DNA from: the human T2T-CHM13v2.0 reference genome, Homo sapiens
Assembly: GCF_009914755.1 (NCBI RefSeq)
Contig: NC_060925.1
Direction: 5' to 3' (one strand)
Length of the DNA stretch: 64,000 nucleotides
The position numbers and the translations under genes are program-made. Positions 14,688 through 30,076 of this stretch are shown piece by piece; the stretch's first letter is position 1, and each line of letters begins with the position of its first letter. The notes beneath the pieces were generated by a model, which saw only the letters and a list, made by a program, of their open reading frames with translations, searched no databases and had not been told where the DNA came from.

Positions 14688-15625
14688 TCTTTGGAGCTTT
14701 GCTTCCTATATGGCATTGATCTCCCCAAACCCATCTGAGGCACCTTCTCTCTGGGACTTGGAGCCTGAATCCACTAATGTCAAGAAGTAGGCCTGGTTAT
14801 TATGGTTGATGCTGCTCTGCAGATGTTTTATAGGTGTGGAGGCAATGGAGTTGAGAGTCAAGAGGCTCAGTTGGGAGGATACAGTGGTGGCTGTACCTGC
14901 ACAGTTGCATTTGAACTGGCCTGGGCTCTTGGTGACCTACATTCCCTTGGTTCCTTCCTGTTCTCCTAGCTTTATTTGCCAATATGTCTCCAAATGTGTG
15001 CTATGTGATGACTTTCCTGTAAGTCCTGTTTGGCTCCCCTTAGTCAGAGTTGGTTTCCGTTGTTTATAACCAATACACTTGTCAAGTACACACGCTTCAT
15101 CATATTTTACATGTTTGGGGCTCATCCTATACCTAAAAATAAGACAATAATTCAATGGCATAAGTTCAGAAAATTTTGTAATTAGACCGTTAATTTTGAA
15201 CAGCCATTACAATGAGGAGATTCCATTGTACTGGAACGGATTGTGCTCCTAACTGAGTTTAAGGTAAACTAACTTCTGCCCGAGCAAATGAGTCCTATGG
15301 TATGATTAAGTAATATACATCATGAATTCAATTCCAACTGACTTCATTTACAGATGAAGTTATTGAATGAATGTGACTTATTTTCATTTTTTTCTTTTTC
15401 TTAGAATTTAAAAATACTTTCAATTCCCTGTGCTTAAAAAATTTGTCTCATCAATCATTAATTTAAATTTCAAATCTTATATTAAAATGCACAGGCTCTT
15501 GACAAATAGCCAATATTTTATTTTATTTTAAACAATTTTTTATTATAAAAAGGCAGTTTTATTTAGAAAGACCAACATGATTGTAAGCTAACTTGAACAG
15601 CTAGATTTTACAAGAAAATATTTGA

Positions 15626-15974
<349 letters not shown>

Positions 15975-16788
15975 TTAGACCTCCAACTTCAGACCGGAGT
16001 TAAGCAGAAACATGTTTCTAGTGTTTAAAATTTAAGTTTGTTCATATACAGAAAAAAAGGTTAGATTATGGTTGCTAAAAATTAAAAGTGGACACATGAA
16101 ATTCCTATAGTATTTCAAAATGAGGTCTTATTTTTATTTATCTATTATTCATTTTTCATAGATAACCCTAAGAAGTGTTGAGTCTGGCTTACAAGAAGCA
16201 TTTATAATCGTAATGAAATTATTCAAAAATTGGCTAAATTTATGTTAAAACATCTTTTTCTCCCATACAGAAAATTCACTGTTGAAGAATTATGATACTA
16301 TTTCTTAGTGAGATGGATGGAAGGGAAAACATAATCTTATTTTTTTAATTATAATTTATGAGGTAAGGAATTTATAAAATGAAACAATAAGTATTACATT
16401 TTATGTCAATTTTGTGATATAAATCAGTTGTGTTTACAGATTCAAAGCCAAGCTTGAAGAAATCTCAGGAGTTAAGGGGCTGATAACCTTATAAACTGTA
16501 AAATGTGTTAACAGCAATGAATTGTGCTCCCTCAGTTCAAAGGGCATTTGATTATACTCTGCACTGTCAGGGCCACTCACATCGGAGCTCATCTTGGAAT
16601 GATAAACAAGGCAGATCTGCAATGTACACCAGAAAGTGACAAGACACACCTGTCACTACAAGTTTTGAGACAAAACAGTAGGCACTTGCAGACAGCTGTG
16701 TCATCCATGAGTGAGTCTGCTTGAAGGCTTGGCAACAGGCAAGAAGAAACACCTCCAGTCAGTTCAGACTACTGAGACTGGAGGCCCA

Positions 16789-17123
16789 TGTGCTAAAGGA
16801 CCTGACATGTCATGGCCAGAGTTTGAACCTTGCTAAAGGCCAGGAGGAACCAAAGAACAACTGTGTGAAAAGGTGAATATCATTCGCATAATTGTTTCAG
16901 ATCAGTTATGGGACGTGGAGAATGTATTGGAGAAAGTCAAACATATTAGGAAAGCATGGTAAGAAGCAATATTGTAATTCTAACAAGAAATGATGAACTA
17001 AGTAGCCAGAAGAACAGGGAGAAAAGGCTACATTTGAGAAATAGGACAAAGGTAAATCTAGAGGACCTCCTGTTTTGTTTGAATATGGAGAACAGAGGAA
17101 AGAGTTTGGGGATTAGGGGAATA
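16789..17123. repeat. Donor copy of a 335-bp local duplication (L2-like relic)
   Basis: About 94% identical by hand count to 18177-18513; resembles reverse L2 3' region. Confidence 0.9.
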
Positions 17124-17133
17124 TTGATGATGG

Positions 17134-18007
17134 TGATGGGATTCAGGATCACACTACCCTAAAATACGGCACCTTGGTATTTGAGAAAATAGCAGAAGCA
17201 GGAACATCACTTTCACTTCCCCCTCACCTTCTCCCCTGAAGCTGGTCATAAAACCTAGGAAGGTCATTCTCTGATATTTTCCCACCCTTCTCCCCTGAAG
17301 CAGGTCATAAGACCCACATTCAAGAAATGCCCTCTCTAGAAGCAGAGGAAAGGAACATCCTTATCTCTGAAGGCACAGGGACACAGAAAAGAATTGGAAC
17401 TAACAGGTCTTGCTAAGTTCCCCCCAGTTTGTTACCATTAGATCATACTTTTTGATCCAAACATTCTTCACAGCTATCCACTTCTTCATCAAACCTAGCA
17501 TTAAAAAGCCACTGGTTGGCTGGGCGTGGTGGCTCACACCTGTAATCCCAGCACTTTGGGAGGCCAAGGCAGGCAGATCATTTGAGGCCAGGAGATTGCG
17601 ACCAGCCTGGCCAACATGGAGAAACCCTGTCTCTACTAAAAATACAAAGATTAGCAAGCAAGGTGTGGTGGTGCACGCCTGTAATCCCAGCTACTCAGGT
17701 GGCTGAGGCACAAGAATCGCGTGAACCTGGGAGGTAGAGGTTACAGTGAGCCAGGATCACACCACTGCACACCAGCCTGGGTGACAGAGTGAGACTCTGT
17801 CTCAAAAAAAAAAAAAAAAAAAAGCCACTGGTTTACCTGTGTCTTTGAGTCTTCATTTCTTTATGAGGTTTCTCATGTCATATAAAATATATATTAAGTG
17901 AATTTGTATGCTTTTCTCTTGTTAATCTGCCTTTTGTTATAAAGGCCTCAGCCATAAACCTGTCAAACCTGTCAAACAGTGAGGAAAAGATTTCCCCAAT
18001 CCCTACA
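17134..18007 (+). mobile_element. ERV1 solo LTR (MER34/LTR49 group), split by an Alu
   Basis: TG...CA ends (tgatgggattcaggatcacactaccctaaaatacggcacc ... ccctaca); TSD-like atgg/gtgg. Confidence 0.75.
17518..17823 (+). mobile_element. Alu (AluS/J-like)
   Basis: TSD aaaaagccactggtt. Confidence 0.95.
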
Positions 18008-18057
18008 GTGGTGCCATTCATCACATAAAAGAGATCATCAATAAGACAATAAGATTA

Positions 18058-18590
18058 TCATCAACGGATGAATGGATAAAGAAAATGTGGTATATATACA
18101 CACTGGAATACTATGCAGCCTTTAAAAAGAAGAAAAACCTATCATTTGTGACAACATGAATAGACCTGAAGGACATTGTGCTAAAGGACCTTACATGTCA
18201 TGGCCAGAGTTTGAACTTTGCTAAAGGCCAGGAGAAACCATTGAACAACTGTGTGAAAAGGTGAATATCATTTGCATAACTGTTTCAGATCAGTTATGGG
18301 ATGTGGAGAATGTATTGGAGAAAGTCAAACACATATTAGGAAAACATGGTAAGAAGCAATATTGTAATTCTAACAAGAAATGATGAACTAAGTAGCAATA
18401 AGAATAGAGAGAAAAGGATACATTTGAGAAACAGGACAGAGGTAAATCTAGAGGACCTCCTGTTTGATTTGAATATGGAGAACAGAGGAAAGAGTTTGGG
18501 GATTAGGGGAATAAGCCTGACAAGAAGGACAAATACTGTATAATCTCACATATATATGGAATCCAAAAACATTGATCTCATAGAAACAGA
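18058..18590 (+). mobile_element. L1MA-like 3'UTR fragment, split by a 335-bp insertion
   Basis: ggatgaatggataaagaaaatgtgg...ggacattgtgctaa | ataagcctgacaagaaggacaaatactg; the two halves are contiguous in the L1 consensus. Confidence 0.85.
18177..18513. repeat. Inserted copy of 16789-17123
   Basis: Direct repeat with ~18 substitutions and one 2-bp indel. Confidence 0.9.
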
Positions 18591-19254
18591 TCTCCCATTG
18601 TGATCTCCCATTCACAATTGCTTCAAAGAGAATAAGATTTCTTTTTAAAAAAGATTAGCAATAGATTTGTCAGCAGAAGGCTTTCAGATGTGAAGTCAGT
18701 GGGATAGTATGTTTAAAGTGATGAAAGAAAAAACTGTCAAATAGAAAACCTATATCTGCAAAACTGTACTTCAAAAATGAAGAAGAAATTTAGACATACC
18801 CAAACAGAAGCTGAGGGTGTTCATTACCGATAGACCTGCTCTGTAAGAAAGGAGTTGAAATAAATGGATGATAGACAGCAACTCAATGACAAATGAAGAT
18901 ATTAAGATCTCTAGTAAAGATAAATCTATAGGCAAACATAAAAGCCAGTAATTTTGGCTTGTAATTTTGGTTTGTAACTCCACTTTTTATTTTCTACAGG
19001 ATTAAAAGCCAAGTACATAAAAATTATTTTAAATCTATGTTATTGGGCACACAATGTATACAAAGATGTAATTTGTGACACCAATAACAAAGGAGGGGAC
19101 AGAGCTATACAGCAGCAGTTTTTGTAGGCAATTTAAATTAACTAGGTATCAATTCAAATTAGGCTGTTAAAAACTATAGAATATTATATTTAATTCCCAT
19201 AGTAACTATAAAGGATTCACAGAATATACAAAAGAGGAAATAAAAAAGAAATCA

Positions 19255-19609
<355 letters not shown>

Positions 19610-19626
19610 TTAAAAACAGCAGGCAA

Positions 19627-19963
<337 letters not shown>

Positions 19964-20336
19964 TCACTTGAGGTCTAAAGACACAAACAGGTTGAAAGGA
20001 CAGAAAAAGATATTCATGTAAATATTTTCACGTAACCAAAAGAGAGCAGGAATGGCTATATTAATATCAGAAAAATTAGAACTTACCTCAAAAAATGGGT
20101 GCAAGGGTCAAAGAAGAATATATTAATAAAGGAATCAATTAATCAAGAAGATATCATTTTAAACATATATGCAACAAACCACAGAACCCCCAAATTTGTG
20201 AAAGAAATATTTACAGAACTGAAGCGAGAAATAAACAGAGTTCTACAATAATAGTTGGAGACTTCAATAGCTTACTTTAAGCAATAGATAAAATGATAAG
20301 ACAGTTCAATAAAAATATAGGGGACTTGAACAACAC

Positions 20337-20485
20337 TTAGAAAATACCTTGAAACAAACGAAAACACAACATATCAAAACTTATGGGATGCAACAAAAGC
20401 AGTGTTAAAAGGGAAATTGACAGCTATAAATGTATGCATTAAAGTAAAAGAAAGATTGTAAATTGAGAACCTAATTTGTTAGGTC
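20337..20485 (+). repeat. 141-bp copy of 20772-20912 inserted within the same L1
   Basis: Ungapped, ~87% identical by hand count; interrupts the L1 consensus caacact|ataaaccaactagacc. Confidence 0.85.
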
Positions 20486-21023
20486 TATAAACCAACTGGA
20501 CCTAACAGACTTATACAGTAATTTATAACAGCAGATTAGATCTTTTTCTCAAGTGCTCCTGGAACTTTCTCCAGGATGGACCATATATAAAAAGACAAAA
20601 CAAGTCCATACATTCTAAAAGACTGAAGTCATATAAATAAAATGTAAAAGATTAAAACCATAAAACTAGAAACCAATAACAGAAAGAAAATTGGAAAGTT
20701 CACAAATATTTGGAAATTAAACAACACGCTTTTAAACAACCAAGTGGTCAAAAAAGAAATCAAAAGGGAAATTAGAAAATACCTTGAAACAAATGAAAAC
20801 ACAACATATCAAAACTTATGAAATGCAATGAAAGCAGTGATAAAAGGGAAATTTACAGCTATAAAATCATGCATTAAAGTAGAAGATAGATCTCAAAGTA
20901 GCAACCTAATTTTCACCATAAGGATCTAGAAAAGGAAGAGCAAACTTTACTCAAAGCTAGCAAAAGGAAGGAAAAATAAAGAATAGAGTGAGATAAATAA
21001 AACAGAGGTTAAAAAACAGTAGA

Positions 21024-21399
<376 letters not shown>

Positions 21400-22549
21400 C
21401 TAGATTGACTGATAAAGAAGAGGACTCAAATTACTAAAATTGGAAATAAAAGTGATATAAAGTTTACTATCAATCTTACAGAAATAAAGATTACAAGATA
21501 ATACTAGTAACAATTGTATGACAACAAATTAGTTAACCTATATAAATGGACAAATTCCTAGAAGTATACAATCTACCAAAATCAAATAATGAAGAAATAG
21601 AAAGTATGAATTGACCTATAACTAGTAAAGAAATTGAGTCAGTACCAAAAACCTCTCAACAAGGAAAAGTCTTGGGCCAGATGGCTTCACCTATGAATTC
21701 TGCCTAACATTTAAAGAAGAATTAAAATCAATTCTTCTCAAACTTCTTAAAAAATTGAAGACAAAGGTCAGTTCCTAGTTCATTCTCTAAAGCCAGCTTT
21801 ACTCTCATACTAAAGCCAGAGAAAGATAATACTGGAAAAGAAAGCTACACATCAATATCTTAATGAATATTGATGTAAAAATCCTCAACAAAATACTAGG
21901 AAACAGAATACAGAAGCATATTAAAAGAATTATACACCATGATCAAGTGAGATTTATTCCAGGAATGCATGGAAAACAATCAATGTAATATACCACATTA
22001 ACAGAATGAGGGGGAAATAAGCCCAGCCATCTCAATTGATGCAGAAAAGCATTTGACAACATTCAACACCCTTTCATGATTAAAATACTCAATAAACCAG
22101 AAATTAAAGGTAACTTCCCTAACATGATAAAGGTCATATGTTAAAAACTCACAGCTCACATCATACTCAATGGTGAAAGCTTTTCTGCTAGATGAGGAAA
22201 AGACAAGAACACTTGCTTTTGCCATTTATATTACACATAATATTGGAAGTTTTAGGCAGAGCAATTGGGGAAAAAGGAAATAAAAGACATCAAAATTGGA
22301 AAGGAAGAAGAAAAATTATCTTTGTGGCTGACATGATTTTATATGTTGAAAACTCTAAAGACTCCACAAAATATTCATTAGAGCTAACAAATTCAGCAAA
22401 GATGCGGGGTACAAATTCAGCACGCCAAAAATCAGTTGTATTTCTGTATACAACAATAAGCAATATTAAAGAAAATTAGAAAACAATTCCATTTACAGTA
22501 ACACCAGAATAAATAAAATACTTAGGAATAAATTTAACCAATTGCTTCT

Positions 22550-22853
<304 letters not shown>

Positions 22854-23379
22854 TTAACCAAGAAATCAAGTGACCTGTACAATGAAAATTACAAAACACT
22901 ATTGAAAGGAATTAAACAAATTAATGAATTGAAAGACGTTTCCTGTTCATGAATTGGAAAACTTCATATTGTTAAGATGACAATACTACCCAAAGCAATC
23001 TACAGATTCAGTGCAATTCCTATCAAAAAGCCAATGTTATTTTGCAGAAATAGAAAAACGCATCCTAAAATTCACAGAGTCTCAAGAGACCTCTAAAAGA
23101 TAAAAACAAGCTTGAAAAGGAGGAACAAATCGGAGGACTCTCAATTCCTGATTTCAAAACTTATTACAGAGCTATAGTGATCAAAAGAATGTTGTCCAGG
23201 CATAAGGACAGACATACAGACTGATGAAATACAGCCCAGAAATAAACCTTCACGTATATAGTCAATTGATTGTCAACAATGGTGCAAAGCCCGTTCAATT
23301 GGGTAAGGTTCATCTTTGGAATAAATGATGCTGCAAAAAAATGAATATCCAAACGCAAAAGAATGAAGTTGGACTTTTA

Positions 23380-23776
<397 letters not shown>

Positions 23777-24794
23777 TTAACATTCAGAACACACGAAGTA
23801 CTCATAAAACTGAACAAACACAACCAAAACCAAATAACTCAATTCAAAAATGGACGAAAGACTTATACAGGTATTTCTCCAAAGAAGATACACAAATGTT
23901 AAGTAAGCACATGAAAAGATGTTCAACATCACTAGCTGTTGGGGAAATGATAACCAAAACCACAATGAAGTACCATTTCAGATCCATAAGGATGACTATT
24001 ATCCTAAAAAAAAATAAATAATAATGACAAGTGCTTTCAAGGATGTGGTGACACTGGAACACTTGTGCGTTGCTGTTGGGAACAGAAAGTGGTGCAGCTG
24101 CTGTGGAAAACTGTTTGGCAGTTCCTTAAAAGTTACACATAGAGTTAAGTTAAACTGTATGAACCAGCACTTCCACTTCTAGGTATACACCCAAAAGAAC
24201 TGAAAGCAATGGCTCAAACGGATGCTTGTACAGCAATGTTCATAGCAATGTTACCTGCAGTACCAAAAAGTGGAAATCCAAATGTCCATCAACAGGCAAG
24301 TGGACAACAAAATGTGATCTATACATAAACGGAAAAGTATTCAGTCTTTAAAATGAGTGAAGTTCAGATACATTCTACACTATAAATGAACCTTGAAAAC
24401 AGCATATTAAGTGAAGTAAGTCAGACACAATAGGACCCATACTGCATGATTCCCATTATATAGATTACCTAGAATAGGAAAATTCATAGAGACACAAAGT
24501 AGAATGGTGGTTACCAGGAGCTGGGAGGAGGGGGCTATGGGCAGTTTTTCTTAATGGGTACAGAGTTTCTGTTTCAAACAATGGACAAGTTCTGGAAATG
24601 AATAGTGGTGATGGCTGCACAACACTGTAGATGTACTTAATGCTACTGAATTGTACACCTAAAAATTATTAAAGTGGTAAATGTTATGTATATTTTACCA
24701 CAATAAAAAGAAAGAAAATATTTTAAAAAGTGGTGTTTATTATCTGCACCAAAATGCTGATTGACATTTTAGACAACCAGTTGATTTTCCTTTT

Positions 24795-25098
24795 TCATTT
24801 CTTCTTCCTCCTCTTTTTCTTTTTTCTCCACCTCCTAGCTCCCTCCTCCTGTCCCCCATCCCCTTTCCCTCCTCTCTTCCCCTTCCTCCTCCCCTCCTTC
24901 TCCTCCTCCTCCTCTTCTTCTTCTCCTCCCCCTCCTCCTCTCCATCTTCTCCTCCCCTTCCTCCTCCTCCTCCTTTTCGTAGAGATAGGGGTCTCCCTAT
25001 GCTGCCCAGGCTGGTCTTGAACCCCTGGCCTCAAGCAATTCTCCTGCCTCAGCCTCCCAAAGTGGTAGGATTACAGGTGTGAGTCACCATACCCAGCC
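24795..25098 (-). mobile_element. Alu monomer (FLAM) with an expanded CT-rich tail
   Basis: Reverse left monomer at 24976-25098; pyrimidine low-complexity sequence at 24795-24975. Confidence 0.85.
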
Positions 25099-25173
25099 TT
25101 GATTTTCTTAATCCAATCAAATACACCATCATTTATTTTATTTAAAAAAATCTATCAATAGCCCGAATAGTCA

Positions 25174-25590
25174 GTGATATAGTTTAGATATTTGTTCCCT
25201 CCAAACCTCATGTTGAAATTTGATCCCCAAATTTAGGGTTGGGATCTGGTGGGAGCTGTTGCGTCATGGAGGCGGATCACTCGTGAAAGGCTTGAGGCTA
25301 TCGTCACCATCTTCAGTGATTTCTTGTTCTATTAGTTACTGCAAGAACTGATTGTTAAAAAGAGACTAGCGCTTTCCTACTCTATTGCTCCCTCTCTTGC
25401 CATATGATATTCTGGCTTCCGTTTGCCTTCCACCATGAGTAGAAGCAGTTTGAAGCCCTGACAAGAAGCAGATGCTGGTGCCACTCTTCTCATACAGCCT
25501 ACAGAATTATGAGCCAAATAAATCTGTTTTCTTTATACATTATCCAGCTCCAGGTATTCCTTTATATAAAGCAACACAAAAGAGACTAAG
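25174..25590 (+). mobile_element. MaLR LTR (MSTB1/MSTC-like)
   Basis: tgatatagtttagatatttgttccctccaaacctcatgttgaaatttgatcccc ... caggtattcctttata. Confidence 0.85.
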
Positions 25591-26218
25591 CAAGTCAGTT
25601 TATTCAAAATAATTGACCCAGTATTTCTGTGTACACAAAGTCTGCATGTGGCAAAAAAATGCCACCAAGATCCAGGGACAAATATCTTCCAATAAGATGA
25701 CTATCAATGGCCTATACCACTGCAGGACTTCAATCTCAAATAGGTCATATCCTACATTTTGCAGTTTCTACAGAACGACTGAAAAATCACAGCTCAAGTG
25801 TCAGGAGCTCCAAATACCAACTCTTTGTGTGATACGATATGGAGACACTCCTTTCAAGCCATTCCCTCCCGCCAGCCTCATCTCATGGCCAAAATTTTGT
25901 ACCTTTTGAGGTGTTCTGAGGCCATGTACCTTTTGAGCTCCATTAGAGCTGCATGCTTCCTAAGTGTATGTGATTGTTTTATTAAGGCATGAGTAACAAC
26001 TATCACATGGCAGCAAGCAGGTGCTTAAGGACTCAGGCAAGTGCGATATGTTTCCCAGAGGTAGAAACATGGTGAAACCAAGAAGTCCCATGGGAGAGCC
26101 CTGCTGGGAAAGGCATCAGCTAGAGGCAACATGAGAAAATACCTGTGACAAACTTTGCCTTAAACAAACAAAAAAAAAATCAAAATTCAAGTGCTGGTTC
26201 TACCTCTTATTGGCTTTA

Positions 26219-26553
<335 letters not shown>

Positions 26554-26654
26554 TTAGCAATGTCTTCAACTTTGAGATGAAAATAAACTTAGAGGTCTCA
26601 GTTCAACCTCAGATTCACTGTAGATGTACCCTTTTTCAGCATTCCTGGTGGGAA

Positions 26655-27600
<946 letters not shown>

Positions 27601-27609
27601 TGAGATGAA

Positions 27610-28062
27610 TGTATTCATTTTCTATTGCTGCTATCTAACAAATGACCAAAGAGGTAGTGGCTTAAAACAATACAAATTCGTTACCTGACAGTTCTAAAAG
27701 GTAAAATGTTGACATGGATCTCACTGCACTAAAGTTAGGGCGTAGGCAGGGACACATTCTTTTCTGAGTGCTCTACAGGGATATCCACTTCCTTTCCTCT
27801 CCTAGCTCTCAAAAGCCACCCGCATGCCTGGCTCCCGTGCCCCTCCTCCATCTGCAGATACAACAATGGTGGGTGAAGTCCTGACCTCTCATCATTCTGA
27901 CCCTCTCTTCTGCCTCCCTCTTCCACTTTTAAGGACCCATGTGATTATACTGGAGCCGGCCAAATCATCCAGAATAATCTACCCATCTCAAGGCCTTTAA
28001 CTCAATCACTTCTGCAAAGTCCCTTTGCCATGTAAGATTACATACTCACAAGTTCCAGGGAT
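27610..28062 (-). mobile_element. MaLR LTR (MLT1D/E-like)
   Basis: tagtggcttaaaacaatacaaatt...ttttaaggacccatgtgattatac...tcacaagttccagggatt. Confidence 0.8.
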
Positions 28063-28075
28063 TGTAAGCTATTTC

Positions 28076-28376
28076 TTTTTTTTTTTTTTTTTTGAGATGG
28101 AGTCTGGTTCTGTCGCCCAGGCTGGAGTGCAGTGGTGTGATCTCGGCTCACTGCAAGCTCCACCTCCCGGGTTCATGCCCATTCTCCTGCCTCAGCCTCC
28201 CGAGTAGCTGGGACTATAGGCGCCCGCCACCACGCCAGGCTAATTTTTTGTATTTTTAGTAGAGACGGGGGTTTCACCGTGTTAGCCAGGCTGGTCTTGA
28301 ACTCCTGACCTCGTGATCCGCCCACCTCAGCCTCCCAAAGTGCTGGGATTACAGGTGTGAGCCACTGCGCCCGGCC
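28076..28376 (-). mobile_element. AluY
   Basis: 16-bp TSD gattgtaagctatttc. Confidence 0.95.
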
Positions 28377-28479
28377 GATTGTAAGCTATTTCAAGAATGC
28401 AGGGAACTACTGCCTTGAACAACTATCTTAGACATTTATTCTTGAATAATGCACATTCTGCATCCTATATATATATATA

Positions 28480-28774
28480 TTACTTCATTTAAATCTTATA
28501 AAAACTGTTCCAGGTAGGTATAACCATCATCCCTGCTTTATAGCTGATGAATCTGAAAATTACAGCTTTTCTAAAATCACATAGTTTCTATGCAAAAGAG
28601 CTGGACTTTGCACCCAGACCTGCTTAACGTATCCCCACGCTTTTTTCTTTGCTTTTTAAGAGACAGGTTCTCGCTATGTTGCCCAGGCTGGTCTCCAACT
28701 CTTGGGCTCAAGCAATCCTCCCACCTCAGCCTTCTGAGTAGCTGGGACTACAGGTGCAAGCCACTGTGCCAAGC
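28480..28774 (-). mobile_element. MIR fragment followed by a FLAM Alu monomer
   Basis: MIR core at 28480-28620; reverse Alu monomer at 28640-28774. Confidence 0.7.
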
Positions 28775-29687
28775 TCCCCATGCCTTTTCTACTGCACTAT
28801 GCCACTGCAATAATAGAAGCAAGAACAAAAGGTAGTAATTTTTGTAAAGGTTTTTTAAATCTGTTGGGATGTAAGAGGTAGGGAGGGCAGGAAAGCCTAG
28901 AATTCTTCTGCCATGAGTTGATTTTCCAGCAAGATTGTAAAGAACAATGTAAGAGCTCTGCAAAGAAATTAACCTGACTTCCCGGCACACTACACTTCAG
29001 ACAATTACATCATGTTGAAAGTCATTAACAATGATGCTCTGCAAGCATCATTGTTATTTACATCAATGTTCTTATGGTAACAGACCACAGAATTAAAGCT
29101 TTCTGGACAGCAAGCCAGACATGAAACAAAAATGGGGAATGAATACATAAATACATATTTTCCTTTGACCTATTTCTAACAAGCTATTTATTGGTTATTT
29201 CAATAGAAAACTCAATTAAGGATTTTCTTCCCCCACAGACTTTCCACTTTTTTCTTTCTGCCTAACAAACCCTTTGACTCTAATTCACTCTTGTTTAATG
29301 CATTCAGGCTTTAGACTGTAGTGCTCCCCAAATCAGATCCAATAATGCCTCAATCACTCATTTTCAGAGCCTTCCTAATTAGGACACTTATCTCCTCTCC
29401 ACAGAAATGCACCATTAGTGCGCTTGTTTCTTTTCCCATCGAGGAGGCAACACAGGTGAGTTTGTGGGCAATCTGGCCAGAGCTCCAGCTAGATGGCTCC
29501 CCTGCTGCAGAGCAAAGCAGTGTTCTTGTTTGGAGGACTAGGGAGGGGGTTTTGTGTTTCTTCTTTTGCGTGACATTGCTTATGCTGTAAGCATACAGTA
29601 AAGTTTATGAAAAAGCCCTACCTGTTGCTGCTCTTCAATTTACCTATTTCTACTATAAAGAGAATTTGGGGTAAAGGGAGATCTCTA

Positions 29688-30076
<389 letters not shown>

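Noticed and set aside
16956-18543. Two paralogous small ORFs (MVRSNIVILTRNDELSS...) as a micropeptide family
   Set aside because: Fully explained by the 335-bp duplication of an L2-like relic. The C-termini run into unrelated repeats and there is no sign of coding constraint.
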